A program made the position numbers and the translations under genes. A stretch of DNA of 63,152 nucleotides, counting the filler, from Octopus bimaculoides (lineage: Eukaryota), in NCBI RefSeq assembly GCF_001194135.2. It is 6 parts of 5 records of this genome, joined end to end, with 100 filler letters (N's around TTAATTAATTAA, not from the genome) between each part and the next. Parts side by side here need not be neighbours in the genome. Positions count along the whole stretch, not along the records: positions 61,012 to 63,152 come from NW_026300684.1; 5 more parts are not named here. One strand, 5' to 3'. A model generated the notes under the pieces. The model was not told where the DNA came from, did no database searches, and saw only the letters and a list, made by a program, of their open reading frames with translations. This document shows, in pieces, positions 61,847-63,152 of this stretch; position 1 is the stretch's first letter; every line of letters begins with the position of its first letter.

Positions 61847-62820
61847 TGCGAAAGCAGTAAAATATCACATTCTATTGTCAAGGAAGCTTGCAAATTCGCG
61901 AGGAAACTTGGCATTAATCCTGAAACATTTGAAGAAACCGAAACCACTGCCACAAAGCAAGCAAAATGGATCAAGCAAATTGCAAAAAAAGAACGGACAA
62001 AAACAGATTGAGGAGTGGTGGAGCCAGAAACCTCTGCATGGACAGTATATACTTCCAAGTCAAAATGTTGATGTAGATCAAGCAACAACCCATTAGAGGC
62101 TGAGAAGTTCAGGACTGAAAGCAGAGATTGAAGGTTTCATATTGACGGTACAAGATCAAAGCTTGCTCACAAAAAACTACCAGGTTAACGTTCTTCAAAA
62201 CGGTTCTGACCCTAAATGCAGATTCTGCGATACATTTGACGAAACAATAGACCATCTTGTCTCGACAAGTCTTGTGCTGACACCAAATGAATACAAAAAT
62301 CGCCACGATGGGGGAGGACAGTATTTACGCTGGAAAATATGTAAACACTACAAAATCAGCACTCCTGCTTACTGGTATGAGCATCATCCTGAGCCAGTCG
62401 TTGAAGGTAAAAATGTCACTAACCTCTGGGATTTTCTAGTCAACACTGACAGAATGATCCAGGTTAATCGACCAGACATAATTACTAAAGGCAGAAAAGA
62501 AAATAATTGAAGAGTAATAGATGTAAGTGATCACACTGATAAAAATGTTAGAAACATCTAGAAAATATCCCAGGAGAACCATGTCTCAGAGAAATCCAAA
62601 AGATTGTACTGACAAGTACTGCCGACATCCTTAGAAAAACCCTGTCTATTTAAATGATTGTGTTGTATTACATGAAGATATTTCGCTACTTCCCTCCGCA
62701 AGCTTTCAGTCATACTGTAACGTCTCTTATCCTTCACTCGCCCCAGGACAATGGGAGAGTCTCGGCAAGTGACTGTAACAAACATACAGATTAAAAGAAT
62801 GAAACAATAATAATAATAAT
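61847..62820 (+). mobile_element. 5'-truncated RLE-type non-LTR retrotransposon (zinc knuckle and REL nuclease region, 3' UTR, (AAT)n tail)
   Basis: WSQKPLHGQY, QDQSL.T.NY, PKCRFCDTFDETIDHLVS (CCHC), EYKNRHD, LWDF..TDR.I..NRPDI, and terminal IQKIVLTSTADILRKTLSI*. Confidence 0.9.
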
Positions 62821-63035
62821 CCTTTCTACTGGAGGCACAAGGCCTCAAATTTTGAGAGAGGGGACAAGTCGACTACACTAACTCCAGCATTTCACTGGTA
62901 CTTAATTTATCGACCCCGAAAGGATGAAAAGCAAAGTCGACCTCGGCGGAATTTGAACTCAGAACGTAGCGACGGGCGACATACCGCTAAGCATTTCGTC
63001 CAGCATGCTAAAGATTCTACCAGCTCACAGCCTTA
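62821..63035 (-). mobile_element. SINE family B inside (AAT)n
   Basis: Reverse-complement match to the B consensus; (AAT)n on both sides. Confidence 0.88.
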
Positions 63036-63152
63036 ATGATAATAATAATAGTAATAATAATAATAATGATAATAATAATAATAGCCTCTTCTGTCTAGCC
63101 CTAATACCGCTCTCAAAATTGCTCAATGATGCACAGTATGGTTATAAAATAT

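Noticed and set aside
61493-62088. Poly-Leu, poly-Arg and poly-Ser/Tyr/Cys ORFs
   Set aside because: Translations of the (CAA)n, (AAT)n and (AGA)n microsatellites.

Overview
AT-rich, microsatellite-saturated, gappy eukaryotic scaffold. It is almost certainly animal, and the SINE families and 100-bp gap linker suggest an octopus/coleoid assembly (inference, not database-checked). There is no CRISPR array, rRNA or intact tRNA. One host coding region is well supported: the 3' part of a minus-strand gene (46279-47163, open into an assembly gap) encoding at least four tandem 4-Cys peritrophin-A/CBM14-like domains with Thr-rich linkers. The rest is mostly transposon debris: tRNA-headed SINEs (labelled here families A, B and D, plus RTE-tail and other dispersed repeats), relics of CR1-like, RTE, Tx1-like, RLE-type and Penelope-like retroelements, a near full-length mariner plus other Tc1/mariner relics, Tc1/mariner and hAT MITEs, and non-autonomous Helitrons. 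The signal least explained by a standard annotation is a set of degenerate type-I minimal hammerhead-ribozyme motifs from several sequence families (529-616, 16395-16610, 17430-17477, 38933-38982, 53452-53496, 56468-56549). Two of them occur as divergent inverted pairs, the architecture known for Penelope pseudo-LTRs and retrozyme-like elements. All family names come from motif recognition by eye; no searches were run, and repeat boundaries without TSDs or TIRs are approximate.
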